43,732 nt of DNA from Pyrinomonadaceae bacterium (GTDB lineage Bacteria > Acidobacteriota > Blastocatellia > Pyrinomonadales > Pyrinomonadaceae): contig JAUCQE010000172.1 of NCBI GenBank assembly GCA_030372865.1, positions 1 through 43,732 of the forward strand. The letters are read 5' to 3'. This document shows positions 35,967 through 43,732 of the stretch, one piece after another. The translations under genes and the position numbers were made by a program. The notes beneath the pieces are model-generated. The model worked only from the letters and a program-made list of their open reading frames with translations. It had not been told where the DNA came from and searched no databases. Positions within the stretch are counted from its first letter, which is position 1; each line of letters begins with the position of its first letter.

Positions 35967-36581
35967 CTATTTCGAGATACCGTTCAGCAGAATGTCCGCA
36001 AAATTGCTTGCCGCTTCGTCGTTCGTCACGTTCAGCAGCTTGCGATTTTTGTCCCAGAGCATGTTGTTGAGCGAGTGATGGATGAGCATTCCCATAAAAG
36101 CCCTAACGGCCACCCGCGGGTTTACGTTCCGCATCGCTCCGTCCTTTTGCCTTTGCTCAATGTATCCGCCGATAAAAACGTAAAGCTTCGCGATGAACTC
36201 GGTGGCGAACCGCTCCGCGAGTTCGTGCTCTTCGAGGGCCGCGTAAAACAGCAGCCTCATAAACCCCGTGTCTTCCTGGTGCTTTTCAAGTGCCCGTACG
36301 GCGAGCAGGTGAAACACCTTGTGGTCGTCCTTCGCAGCCATCGCGGCCTCAAGATCGGCATTGCCTTCCCACGGGAATTGGTGCTCGCCGCCCTCACACA
36401 CCTTGCTGTGCAGGATCGCCCCGTAAAGCTCGTCCTTGCTGGCAAAATGCCTGAAGACCATCGCCTCCGAAACGCCCGCTGCCTCGGCTATCTTCTTTGT
36501 GGTCGTCCCCGAAAAACCGTTCCTTGAAAATAGTTCTACCGCCGTGTGCAATATTTGCTCGCGCCGCATGTCGCCGGTCAT
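35967..36581 (-). CDS. TetR/AcrR-family transcriptional repressor
   Basis: RREQILHTAVELFSRNGFSGTTTKKIAEAAGVSEAMVFRHFASKDELY is a canonical TetR HTH. Start is the ATG at 36581 (or 36569). The longer ORF to 36704 is rejected. Confidence 0.88.
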   Translation of the reverse strand: MTGDMRREQILHTAVELFSRNGFSGTTTKKIAEAAGVSEAMVFRHFASKDELYGAILHSKVCEGGEHQFPWEGNADLEAAMAAKDDHKVFHLLAVRALEKHQEDTGFMRLLFYAALEEHELAERFATEFIAKLYVFIGGYIEQRQKDGAMRNVNPRVAVRAFMGMLIHHSLNNMLWDKNRKLLNVTNDEAASNFADILLNGISK

Positions 36582-36643
36582 TCGGGTGCCGCGATCGCAA
36601 TTAAAGAAATTTTTAATAATTTCGGTCACTGTTAATTCGGTCT

Positions 36644-36661
36644 TAAGTAAGTGCTTACTTA
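36644..36661. promoter_or_regulatory. 8-2-8 palindrome, candidate TetR operator upstream of the tetR-efflux operon
   Basis: TAAGTAAG-TG-CTTACTTA lies about 65 nt upstream of the tetR start, in an AT-rich region. Confidence 0.45.
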
Positions 36662-36954
36662 CCAATAAGACGTAAGATTTACAAAGTGAAGTGTTCGTTG
36701 TCAAGCGAAAAAATTTATTTCCCTCAGAACACCGCGTCAGTCGATCCGTTCAACACGCAGCAGCCTGAACTATTTAACGCGTAAAAGCATGGCCGCACGT
36801 TTCATCAAGACGAAAATCGCGAACAAATGCGGCCCCGGTTTCGTTACAACTAAGTGAGTCCGGCCGTCATCGGATAACAGTTCGCGGCAACAAGGGATTT
36901 CGGTAATTTGCCGAGTTCGGATTCTATACAAGGATTTGGAGGTAACAGGAGCTA

Positions 36955-37302
36955 ATGTCTGAGTTTGAAACTGAGGTAAAGAAAGCGGAGAAGGAATTGG
37001 AACAGGGCCTTATGGCGGTCGAGCCACAATATAATAAGGCGGGAGAGGACGAGTTTTTAGGAGATATCAGGATGCAGGCACAGGAATACGGGCAGAAGTT
37101 TCAGGACGCGGCCTCAAAGGCACGCGATTTTGCGAGCGAAAAATTCTCGTACGCGGGCGAAAAGCTCAAAGAGCTGCAGAGCAAGGACCCGAAAGAACTG
37201 GTCGAGGACGCGAAGGAGTTCGCACGTCAGAAGCCTGGCCAGGCGATCCTGATCTCGGCGGCATTCGGCCTGGTCGTCGGCTGGATCCTGAAGCGCAAGT
37301 AA
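36955..37302 (+). CDS. DUF883 (ElaB/YqjD-like) tail-anchored stress protein
   Basis: The RBS region is GGAGGTAACAGGAGC. The body is helical and Lys/Glu-rich, with the typical C-terminal anchor KPGQAILISAAFGLVVGWILKRK. Confidence 0.8.
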   Translation: MSEFETEVKKAEKELEQGLMAVEPQYNKAGEDEFLGDIRMQAQEYGQKFQDAASKARDFASEKFSYAGEKLKELQSKDPKELVEDAKEFARQKPGQAILISAAFGLVVGWILKRK

Positions 37303-37330
37303 AACGGCCCGAAATACGTTGAAGCCAAAG

Positions 37331-37367
37331 AAAAAGGCGGCCCGGTCGTGGGCCGCCTTTCTTTTTT
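37331..37367. terminator. bidirectional rho-independent terminator
   Basis: GGCGGCCC (37336-37343) pairs with GGGCCGCC (37350-37357). The stem is flanked by A5 and TTTCTTTTTT and lies between convergent genes. Confidence 0.8.
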
Positions 37368-37731
37368 ACTCCTGAGCGTGAATAAGCCGCCGCGTACTCT
37401 CGCCGAATAACACGTCGATCTTTCCATCGCCAACCAGCGCCGTCACCTCGCCGCGGCCAAAGACCGAGTGGGTCATTGCCTGGCCCTTGCGGTACTTTTT
37501 GTTCCGGTCGTAGGGAGCGGCCGTCGGGGCCTTTCCGCCGGAGACTGAGGTCTTCACACCGCGGTTAAAGGTGCTTGCCGTTCCGCATACCGTACACGAG
37601 GCTTTTGTGATACGGCCCAATTTCGTGACCGTGTCTATCGTGTGCTGCTGTTCACCGTCGCAGCCGGAGCACAACATCGTTATCTCCGACCCTGCTGCAT
37701 AACCGTCATTTTTCATAATTCTACCTGCCAT
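37366..37731 (-). CDS. small Zn-ribbon protein with a DUF3553 / UvrD-C-terminal Tudor-like domain
   Basis: The ATG at 37731 is preceded by AAGGTGAT and lies 4 nt after the helicase stop. It has CSGC...CTVC cysteine pairs. The C-terminus reads GQAMTHSVFGRGEVTALVGDGKIDVLFGESTRRL. Confidence 0.65.
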   Translation of the reverse strand: MAGRIMKNDGYAAGSEITMLCSGCDGEQQHTIDTVTKLGRITKASCTVCGTASTFNRGVKTSVSGGKAPTAAPYDRNKKYRKGQAMTHSVFGRGEVTALVGDGKIDVLFGESTRRLIHAQE

Positions 37732-37735
37732 TATA

Positions 37736-38929
37736 TCACCTTCGCCTCCGTGAGCGGCCAAAACCACGCAAAGTACGCTTCGGACCGGTCGAAATAACCG
37801 GAGCCGCGACCGTGCCGCCGAATTCCGGCAGCAGAACGCGTTCGACCGGTTCTCCGATCAGCTTTTCGATCGCCCTGATGGACGGTTCCTCGACCGCCGT
37901 GAAGAGCGTTATCGCCCGTCCGCTGTTGCCGGCACGGCCGGTGCGGCCGATGCGGTGAACATAATCCTCCGGTGCCTCGGGAATATCGTAGTTGATCACG
38001 TGCGAGACCGAATCGATGTCGATGCCGCGTGCGGCAACGTCCGTCGCGACCAGAATGTTCGTCCGTCCGTTCTTGAACGCCCTCAGGGCAGCTTCACGCT
38101 GCGACTGCGAACGGTCGCCGTGTATACGGTTCGATTTGTGGTCCCATTTCTCGAGAACATTCGCGAGCCTGTCGGCACCACGCTTCGTTCGCGTAAAAAC
38201 CAGCACGCGCTCGAACGGCTCGGTCTTGAGCAGATCGAGAAGCAGCGGCATTTTATGCTGCTGTGCCACGGGGTAGGCAAACTGCTCGATCGTGCGAGCA
38301 GCCTTGCCACGCCGGCTAACTTCTATAAACTCCGGATCGCGGACGATATCCAGTGCGATGGCTTCCATCTCGGGCGACATCGTCGCCGAGAAGAACAGCG
38401 TCTGACGCTCTTTCGGCAGTGCCTTTACTATGCGCTTGATCGCCGGCAGAAAGCCCATGTCGAGCATCCGGTCCGCTTCGTCAAGGACGAGCGTAGAAAT
38501 GCTGTTGAAATTGACCATGCCCTGTTCCATGAAGTCCATCAGCCGGCCCGGCGTCGCGATCAGGATCGTAACACCGCGTTCGAGTGCTTCGGTCTGTTTT
38601 CCGTAGCCCGAACCGCCGATAATGGCTGCGCTCGTGATGCCCTTCGGGGCAAAATTCCGGCATGCCGCTTCGATCTGAAGCGCAAGCTCGCGCGTCGGTG
38701 CGAGGACCAGAACAGAGGTTCCTTTTGTCTTGCGGGCCTTAAGCCGCTGCAAGATCGGCAGCAGAAATGCCGCCGTTTTCCCGGTGCCGGTCTCGGCACA
38801 TGCGATGACGTCCTGGCCATCGAGCACGATCGGGATCGCTTCGTTTTGTATAGGTGTAGGCTGGTTGTAGCCCAATTGCTCGCACTTTGCCGTAAGGAAC
38901 GGCTGCAAGCCAAGTTCAGTAAATGTCAT
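37736..38929 (-). CDS. DEAD-box ATP-dependent RNA helicase
   Basis: It has the Q-motif context FTELGL..PTPIQ, plus AETGTGKTAAF, PTRELA, DEAD, SAT and HRIGRTGRAG, with an Arg-rich tail. Confidence 0.93.
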   Translation of the reverse strand: MTFTELGLQPFLTAKCEQLGYNQPTPIQNEAIPIVLDGQDVIACAETGTGKTAAFLLPILQRLKARKTKGTSVLVLAPTRELALQIEAACRNFAPKGITSAAIIGGSGYGKQTEALERGVTILIATPGRLMDFMEQGMVNFNSISTLVLDEADRMLDMGFLPAIKRIVKALPKERQTLFFSATMSPEMEAIALDIVRDPEFIEVSRRGKAARTIEQFAYPVAQQHKMPLLLDLLKTEPFERVLVFTRTKRGADRLANVLEKWDHKSNRIHGDRSQSQREAALRAFKNGRTNILVATDVAARGIDIDSVSHVINYDIPEAPEDYVHRIGRTGRAGNSGRAITLFTAVEEPSIRAIEKLIGEPVERVLLPEFGGTVAAPVISTGPKRTLRGFGRSRRRR

Positions 38930-39084
38930 TAATTGTTTTCGAATCAGCAAAAGTTCGCAGATAACCCGCCGGACACACTCCGGCCAGGGAAATTCGATCT
39001 TTCAGTGTTATTGAAGAAGTTATCTAACGGTGGGTAAAACTTTCGGTGTAACGGTTGCAGCGAACGACCAACGCGAGAACGGCC

Positions 39085-39105
39085 CAAAAAAGGAAGGCCA
39101 CTTCC
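39085..39105 (-). terminator. short hairpin plus U6 downstream of the ABC importer operon
   Basis: On the minus strand, GGAAG-UGGC-CUUCC is followed by TTTTTT (plus-strand A-run 39085-39091). Confidence 0.5.
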
Positions 39106-39235
39106 GACAGGAATAAACGAACCAACTCCCGCATCGTCCATACCGCTCTTCACAATGAAGGCGAATCTACCGTCGACAAAACAGAGTAGGAATTTTCAAA
39201 TTATTAGAATACCTTAATTCTCGCCGCGTTGCAAT

Positions 39236-40777
39236 CTATTTCTTACTAAGGAACTCGCGGGCGATATCGGCGGGCCGCCGTCCCTTGCCGTCGACCTCGT
39301 AGTTCATTCGCCGCATGTCATCGGTCGAGATCGAATTATTAAGTTCTGCGAATACCTCTTGCAGGTTTCCGGCTGACGCACGGCGGGCAATGTAGACAGC
39401 CTGATAAGGCGGGAAAAATCTTCGGTCGTCCTCAAGCTGAAAAAGGTCGAGTGCCGCGATCAGCCCGTCGGTCGAATTCCCCGCGATGATATCGACCTCG
39501 CCGCTTTGAAGTGCCCGGTACGTTAGCGAAAGGTCCATCTCACGCGGCTGTTTATCGAATCGGAAACCATAGGCCTTTGCGAATCCCGCATAACCGTCCG
39601 CCCGCGACATAAAGTCCTGGCCGAAACCCGCTTGCCAACCGGCCGAGACGGGCACGGCGTCGGAAATTTTCGTCAGGTTCTGTTTCCGCGCGACGTCGCC
39701 GCGGACCAGGATCGCGAAATCATTCGCGAACCCGAGCTGCGGGCTCAGTACGAGGCCAAAGCGTTCGCCGTATTCGGCTGCCGTTTGGTCATATACTGCC
39801 TGCGGATCAGTCAGCGGGTCACGCTTCAGGATCGCCGTGAATGCTGTGCCGGTATACTCCGGATAAACATCGATCTGGCCCGCCAGCAGCGATTCGTGCG
39901 GCAGGTTGCCGCCGAGCTCAAAGCGACGCTCAACGCTAATGCCCTTTGCCTCAAGCGACTGGGCGAGAATCTCCGCAAGAATGACCGATTCTGTAAAATC
40001 TTTCGACCCGACAACTACGCGGGCCTTGCTCTCACTGCCGGTTACACTCGTTCCCGTGGATAGAAGAGGAGCGGAGACCGCCAGCAATAAAATAACGCCG
40101 CCGAGTGCTGCAGCTATCACCCGCCGCCTTCGTTGTTTGGAGCGTTCTCCGATCGCGAATGAACGTTCGAGTTGCCCGAGTGCCAGATCAAATAACAGCG
40201 CGAGCAACGCTGAGGCGATCGCACCGGAAAGCAGCAGGTTGTTGTCGTTTTGCCTCAAGCCGCGGAAGATATACGTCCCGAGCCCGCCCGCTCCCACCGC
40301 AGCAGCGATAGTTGCGACGCCGACGGAAATCACGACAGCGACCCTGATGCCTGTCAGGATCACCGGCATCGCCAGCGGAAGTTCGACCATGCGCAGCCGC
40401 TGTGCTCCGGTCATTCCCATGGCGTTTGCCGCCTCCCGAATGGCCGGGTCGATGCCGGAGATTCCGGTTACCGTGTTTCTGATCACCGGCAGCAATGCGT
40501 AAAGGGCGAGGGCGATGACCGCGGTCGTTGCCCCGATGCCGCCAATGAACGGGATCGGTATCAAAAGGCCGAACAGGGCAAGGCTCGGCACGGTCTGCAT
40601 CACATTTGCGAAACCCAGGACAGGTGCCTGCAGGCGTTTCTGCCGCGTCAAGATTATTCCGAGCGGCAGTCCGATCGCCACGGCGATCACCGTCGCGACG
40701 AGAACAATGACCACATGCTCCCGCGTCAACGCAAGCAATTCCAGCCAGTTAGCTTGTACGAATTCAAGCAGTCCCAT
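39236..40777 (-). CDS. ABC transporter fused permease / substrate-binding protein (osmoprotectant: glycine betaine/choline/carnitine type)
   Basis: The N-terminal half is a permease with an EAA-like loop (AIREAANAMGMTGAQRLRMVELPLA). The C-terminal half resembles an OpuAC/OpuCC-type binding domain (VVGSKDFTESVILAEI, YPEYTGT). Confidence 0.88.
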   Translation of the reverse strand: MGLLEFVQANWLELLALTREHVVIVLVATVIAVAIGLPLGIILTRQKRLQAPVLGFANVMQTVPSLALFGLLIPIPFIGGIGATTAVIALALYALLPVIRNTVTGISGIDPAIREAANAMGMTGAQRLRMVELPLAMPVILTGIRVAVVISVGVATIAAAVGAGGLGTYIFRGLRQNDNNLLLSGAIASALLALLFDLALGQLERSFAIGERSKQRRRRVIAAALGGVILLLAVSAPLLSTGTSVTGSESKARVVVGSKDFTESVILAEILAQSLEAKGISVERRFELGGNLPHESLLAGQIDVYPEYTGTAFTAILKRDPLTDPQAVYDQTAAEYGERFGLVLSPQLGFANDFAILVRGDVARKQNLTKISDAVPVSAGWQAGFGQDFMSRADGYAGFAKAYGFRFDKQPREMDLSLTYRALQSGEVDIIAGNSTDGLIAALDLFQLEDDRRFFPPYQAVYIARRASAGNLQEVFAELNNSISTDDMRRMNYEVDGKGRRPADIAREFLSKK

Positions 40778-40784
40778 TCACCTG

Positions 40785-41525
40785 TTAACCGATGGTCTCC
40801 AGATATGCCCGGGCAAGCGGCACGTCCGCATCGGAAAACTCCTCCGGCGACCCGAGAAAAACTATCTGTCCGTGATCCATCAGAGCAATACGAGAACCGA
40901 GCAGCATCGCCTCATGCAGGTCGTGCGTGACGAAGACCGCCGTCATCCCGAGGTCTTTCGTCAGCTCCGCAAACTCTCGCTGCAGCCGCGTCCGCGTCAG
41001 CGCGTCGAGCGCGCCGAATGGTTCGTCCAATAAGATAAGTTCTGGCTCAGCCGCCAGTGCACGTGCAACGCCGACCCTCTGCCGCTGCCCGCCTGAAAGC
41101 TCGTGCGGCAGACGGCCTGCGAACTTTGCGGGCTCAAGCCCAACTAGAGAAAGAAGTTCTTCGGCCCGCTCCCGCTTTCTTCCCGAATCCCAACCCGCTA
41201 GCGTCGGGACAATCGCGACATTCTCCGCCACGGTCATGTGGGGAAACAGCCCGCCTTCCTGCATCACGTACCCGATCCGCCGACGCAGTTCTATCGAGTC
41301 CTGATCGAGCGTGTTTCTGCTAAAGACCTCGATCGTTCCGGCAGTCGGCTCGATCATCCGGTTGATCATCTTCAGCGTCGTCGTTTTTCCGCAGCCCGAT
41401 TCGCCCAAAAGCACGACGACCTCGCCCTTTCCTATCGAAAGATCGAGGCCGTTCAATATCTTGGTGCCGCCCGCCTCATACGAGACCGAGCGGAAGACGA
41501 CTGGGAATGTTGAAACGTCCGGCAT
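40785..41525 (-). CDS. ABC transporter ATP-binding protein (OpuCA/ProV-like, without CBS tail)
   Basis: It has Walker A GESGCGKTT, the signature LSGGQRQRV, Walker B ILLDEPFGALD and an H-loop VTHD. Confidence 0.92.
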   Translation of the reverse strand: MPDVSTFPVVFRSVSYEAGGTKILNGLDLSIGKGEVVVLLGESGCGKTTTLKMINRMIEPTAGTIEVFSRNTLDQDSIELRRRIGYVMQEGGLFPHMTVAENVAIVPTLAGWDSGRKRERAEELLSLVGLEPAKFAGRLPHELSGGQRQRVGVARALAAEPELILLDEPFGALDALTRTRLQREFAELTKDLGMTAVFVTHDLHEAMLLGSRIALMDHGQIVFLGSPEEFSDADVPLARAYLETIG

Positions 41526-41579
41526 TCGCGTGCCCGAATTCTAACACTTCCGGCGTTTCAATTGGAATGGGTACAAATT

Positions 41580-41614
41580 GGGAGAAAGCCGGCTCCCCAC
41601 AAACCGGCTTTCTC
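41580..41614 (-). terminator. 12-bp hairpin downstream of the 41663-43105 gene
   Basis: GGAGAAAGCCGG (41580-41591) pairs with CCGGCTTTCTCC (41603-41614). The U-tract is weak. A second hairpin, GACGCC/GGCGTC, lies at 41622-41638. Confidence 0.55.
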
Positions 41615-41662
41615 CAAGCGGCGACGCCTGTCCGGCGTCACCGGCATCGACCAGAGCAAATA

Positions 41663-43105
41663 CTACGGATCTCTGATCGCAATAAGGTCGAGCCCGGTGA
41701 TCGTATCCTGTACCTGGACTGCGATCACGGGCGGGTCAAATCGGTACCCTTTGGCCTGCGGAGTCATCACGTACATTTCACCGACCGGGATCGCCGTCAG
41801 CGTGTAGTAGCCGAAACCGTTCGACCGGGCATAGTAAACTTCGGATCCATTACCGGCCTGAAATGTGATCAGCGCATTTCGGACAGGCATTCCGGTCTCA
41901 TCCGTGATGCGGCCGCCGACCGTAACCTCAGCAGCGGTCGGACCCGTTATCGCGTTCACGAACGTACACGTGACGCTTTCGCCTTCCTCGAGGTTCACGG
42001 TCAGCCGCAGTGCCTCGAGATCGACGATGTTGTTGTTCGTACCCGAGCCACCGTTTGCGTCGCTCGTGCAGAGCACATCGGACAGCGTGAAAAAGCCCGG
42101 ATACGGGGTTTCGGTAAAGGTCGTCTGATTCTCCGTTCCGAAGTAGATCAGGTTCCCGAACGTTATCGTGTTCGGATAGTTGACCAGCGGAAGCCCGTCG
42201 TCGTCGAGCGTAAAGTTCGAGACGCCCGGCCCGGTTGCCGTGAAAACGAACGGAAAGATCGTGTTCGGGACCGCGTCCTTGATTATCGTGATCCGTCCCG
42301 GAAAGATCGCGGCGGAGTTGGAAAGCGAGCGATCCTGGTTGCCGCCCGCACCGTTCAGGTCGAGTAACCGCATGTGGTACGAGGCTCCGGGAATGGCTAT
42401 CGCCGAGTGGTCAAATCCCCAGTCGTACCGCGTCGAGATATGCCCGCCCCATGCAAGGATGGGGTCGGTCGACGTCGCAAGGAACGTGAGCGTTATGCGC
42501 GTCTGGCTTGCCGAGTCATAAGTACCCGTGACCGTGTATGCGGAAACACCCTGCAGGATGCTGCCGAACAAAGTGAAATCACCTGGTTCCTGAACGATGT
42601 CATCCGCGGTACCGAGCACACCGTCATTGCCCGCCGCAACCAGCGGATCGAGCGGGATCGCCCAGGTCGTGTAGACCATCGGGTTGCATCCGGCGACGTC
42701 CGTGCACGGGTCGGCGTCCGTTTCGCTTCGGTTATAGGTGGTCAAATAGTCGAGCGCGTGCTTTGCCGCGCTGTTCTCCGTTGTGTCCCATTCGATCGTC
42801 ACCGTATAGGTGCTGCCCTGCTGGAGGCCCGAGAACCTCAGACGGTAGGGAACTGATTCGCCTTCCAGAAAATGGGCTTGATTATGATTAAGATTTCCGT
42901 TGACCCATGCTTTTGCTTCGCAAGGTACGGGCGTTCCCAATGGCCCGTTGGCACATTGGTCGAGGTCGGCTGCTTCGTTGAGCATGACCTCGCTCTTTTG
43001 CATATAAGTTCTGCTCTTGTTGATCTGTGCTGTCGCCGCGAGAGCTGTTGACAACACGACCATCAAGATAAAAAGCATTTGAATTGTCAGTGTTCGTTTC
43101 AACAT
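41663..43105 (-). CDS. secreted protein with a prealbumin-like fold segment and a C-terminal carboxypeptidase-regulatory-like domain
   Basis: It has a strong RBS (GAGGAGGT) and a signal peptide. The segment ITIIKDAVPNTIFPFVFTATG..FTLDDDG is present. The C-terminus reads GGRITDETGMPVRNALITF...GYYTLTAIPVGEMYVMTPQAKGYRFDP. Confidence 0.75.
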   Translation of the reverse strand: MLKRTLTIQMLFILMVVLSTALAATAQINKSRTYMQKSEVMLNEAADLDQCANGPLGTPVPCEAKAWVNGNLNHNQAHFLEGESVPYRLRFSGLQQGSTYTVTIEWDTTENSAAKHALDYLTTYNRSETDADPCTDVAGCNPMVYTTWAIPLDPLVAAGNDGVLGTADDIVQEPGDFTLFGSILQGVSAYTVTGTYDSASQTRITLTFLATSTDPILAWGGHISTRYDWGFDHSAIAIPGASYHMRLLDLNGAGGNQDRSLSNSAAIFPGRITIIKDAVPNTIFPFVFTATGPGVSNFTLDDDGLPLVNYPNTITFGNLIYFGTENQTTFTETPYPGFFTLSDVLCTSDANGGSGTNNNIVDLEALRLTVNLEEGESVTCTFVNAITGPTAAEVTVGGRITDETGMPVRNALITFQAGNGSEVYYARSNGFGYYTLTAIPVGEMYVMTPQAKGYRFDPPVIAVQVQDTITGLDLIAIRDP

Positions 43106-43111
43106 GAGTAC

Positions 43112-43152
43112 CTCCTCGCTGGCATTGGCTGGCCTGCATCGAGGAGTGCAGG
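43112..43152 (-). promoter_or_regulatory. possible SD-sequestering switch in the 5' leader of the 41663-43105 gene
   Basis: The anti-SD CUCCUCG (43140-43146) can pair with the SD CGAGGAG (43112-43118). Alternatively it can sit in the loop of a CCUGCA/UGCAGG hairpin (43133-43152). Confidence 0.3.
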
Positions 43153-43375
43153 ATGGAAGGAGATTGGACGATGCGTTATGCCGAGTCCTGTTTCAGCCGC
43201 CCGGGAAGTTCGCGGGCGTGGGCAAGAAGCCCGTTTCAAAGCTGGTGAGAGGCGGGCCGTTCTCATTTGGCCCCAAGCACTGCTAATTATCGCAACCGAT
43301 ATGCCAAATGGCCCCGTCGCTATGTCGAATCAGCACACCGATCAACAATACCTCCAGGATTCCAGAAAACAATGT

Positions 43376-43391
43376 TGTGAATAATTTCACA
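43376..43391. promoter_or_regulatory. perfect CRP/FNR-type palindrome TGTGA-N6-TCACA
   Basis: TGTGAATAATTTCACA lies in the 384-nt intergenic region. It is about 50 nt downstream of the upstream terminator and about 270 nt upstream of the 43105 start codon. Confidence 0.5.
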
Positions 43392-43438
43392 CTCTGCGCG
43401 TGAATTTGTTCGCTAAGGGGCGACATGGAGCAAATAAT

Positions 43439-43465
43439 AAAAAGGACAGGCCTTTCAGCCTGCCC
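43439..43465 (-). terminator. rho-independent terminator of the partial glycine-zipper gene
   Basis: On the minus strand, GGGCAGGC-UGAAAG-GCCUGUCC (7 of 8 pairs) is followed by TTTTT. Confidence 0.6.
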
Positions 43466-43489
43466 TCTTTCCCAAAAGCGTGGCGAATT

Positions 43490-43732
43490 TTACCAACGCT
43501 GTCCGACGTTCGTGTTCGGGCCGGTAGCGGTTATCTGAAACTCGCTGCCCGGCTGCAGGTCGATGTTATTGCGTCCCTGAATTAGGACCGACCCCGCACC
43601 TGCACCTGCTCCGACGCCGGCACCGATCGCTGCGCCTTCACCGCCGCCAACGACCGCACCGATGATCGCTCCGATCACCGCGCCGATACCGGCACGCGTC
43701 ACGGTACGCGTCGTCTGGCTGCCGTCGCGAAC
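43490..43732 (-). CDS. 3' end of a glycine-zipper domain protein (paralog of 17520-19169; 5' part outside the window)
   Basis: The frame is open to the window edge (VRDGSQTTRTVTRAGIGAVIGAIIGAVVGGGEGAAIGAGVGAGAGAGSVLIQGRNNIDLQPGSEFQITA..). It is colinear with the C-terminus of the 17520-19169 product. Confidence 0.7.
   Translation of the reverse strand, partial: VRDGSQTTRTVTRAGIGAVIGAIIGAVVGGGEGAAIGAGVGAGAGAGSVLIQGRNNIDLQPGSEFQITATGPNTNVGQRW

Noticed and set aside
38944-39153. Intergenic ORFs 38944-39153(-), 43079-43384(+), 43104-43286(+), 43400-43585(+), 10702-10917(-) and 10918-11140(+) as genes.
   Set aside because: They have no RBS and no recognisable motifs. They lie in leader or terminator regions of neighbouring genes. 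Alternative explanations (5' UTR, regulatory DNA) fit better.
39204-39222. TTAGAAT-ACCTTA-ATTCTC, which shares the TTAGAAT half-site of the Fur-family palindrome, considered as a second regulator box.
   Set aside because: The spacing is 6 rather than 1 and the second half is imperfect. It lies just downstream of the ABC permease stop, not in a promoter context.
1-43732. CRISPR arrays, transposases, integrases, prophage genes, rRNA/tRNA genes and known defence-system genes.
   Set aside because: No spaced direct-repeat arrays, no recombinase, transposase or phage-like translations, and no RNA gene signatures were seen on either strand. The repeats found are short inverted repeats, consistent with terminators or operators.

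Overview
This is a 43.7 kb, gene-dense chromosomal segment. Spot counts give roughly 60% GC. No rRNA, tRNA, CRISPR array or mobile element was recognised. Gene content gives an Acidobacteriota-like impression: many secreted peptidases, TPR/HEAT/VWA proteins, a fused E1 alpha/beta dehydrogenase and an RND efflux operon. That taxonomic guess is inference only. All family calls come from motif recognition in the supplied translations, because no database search was possible.

Main blocks, in order:
- A low-GC hypothetical gene, a Tat-signal FAD oxidoreductase and an orphan HicB antitoxin.
- Envelope and secreted proteins: PDZ protein, cyclophilin, M1 and M28 peptidases, and glycine-zipper proteins.
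- A class I/II aminotransferase and a fused 2-oxoacid dehydrogenase E1.
- OsmC, a HEAT-cyclophilin fusion and a DUF4112 protein.
- A Fur/PerR-headed peroxide-defence string.
- VWA, SDR/thioester-reductase-like and quinone oxidoreductase genes.
- A TetR-MFP-RND-TolC efflux operon.
- DUF883, a DEAD-box helicase with a coupled Zn-ribbon protein, and an osmoprotectant-type ABC importer.

The most interesting signal is at 22738-25866 on the minus strand. Two neighbouring genes are each split in the ORF track by a single in-frame TGA.
- In an AhpE-like peroxiredoxin, the TGA falls exactly at the peroxidatic Cys position ([13 protein letters not shown]).
- In a short GrdB/PrdB-family protein, it falls in a redox-type motif (LLTGG-TGA-PNVC).

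Both are best read as selenocysteine codons. They sit between a Fur/PerR regulator plus a typical 2-Cys peroxiredoxin on one side and a cytoplasmic CxxC thioredoxin-fold protein on the other. A perfect 7-1-7 Fur-family palindrome and GATAAT-type boxes lie nearby. No other glycine-reductase components are present. I propose a selenium-dependent peroxide-detoxification and redox-relay module, which still needs confirmation by SECIS modelling, detection of selABCD elsewhere in the genome, and proteomics.
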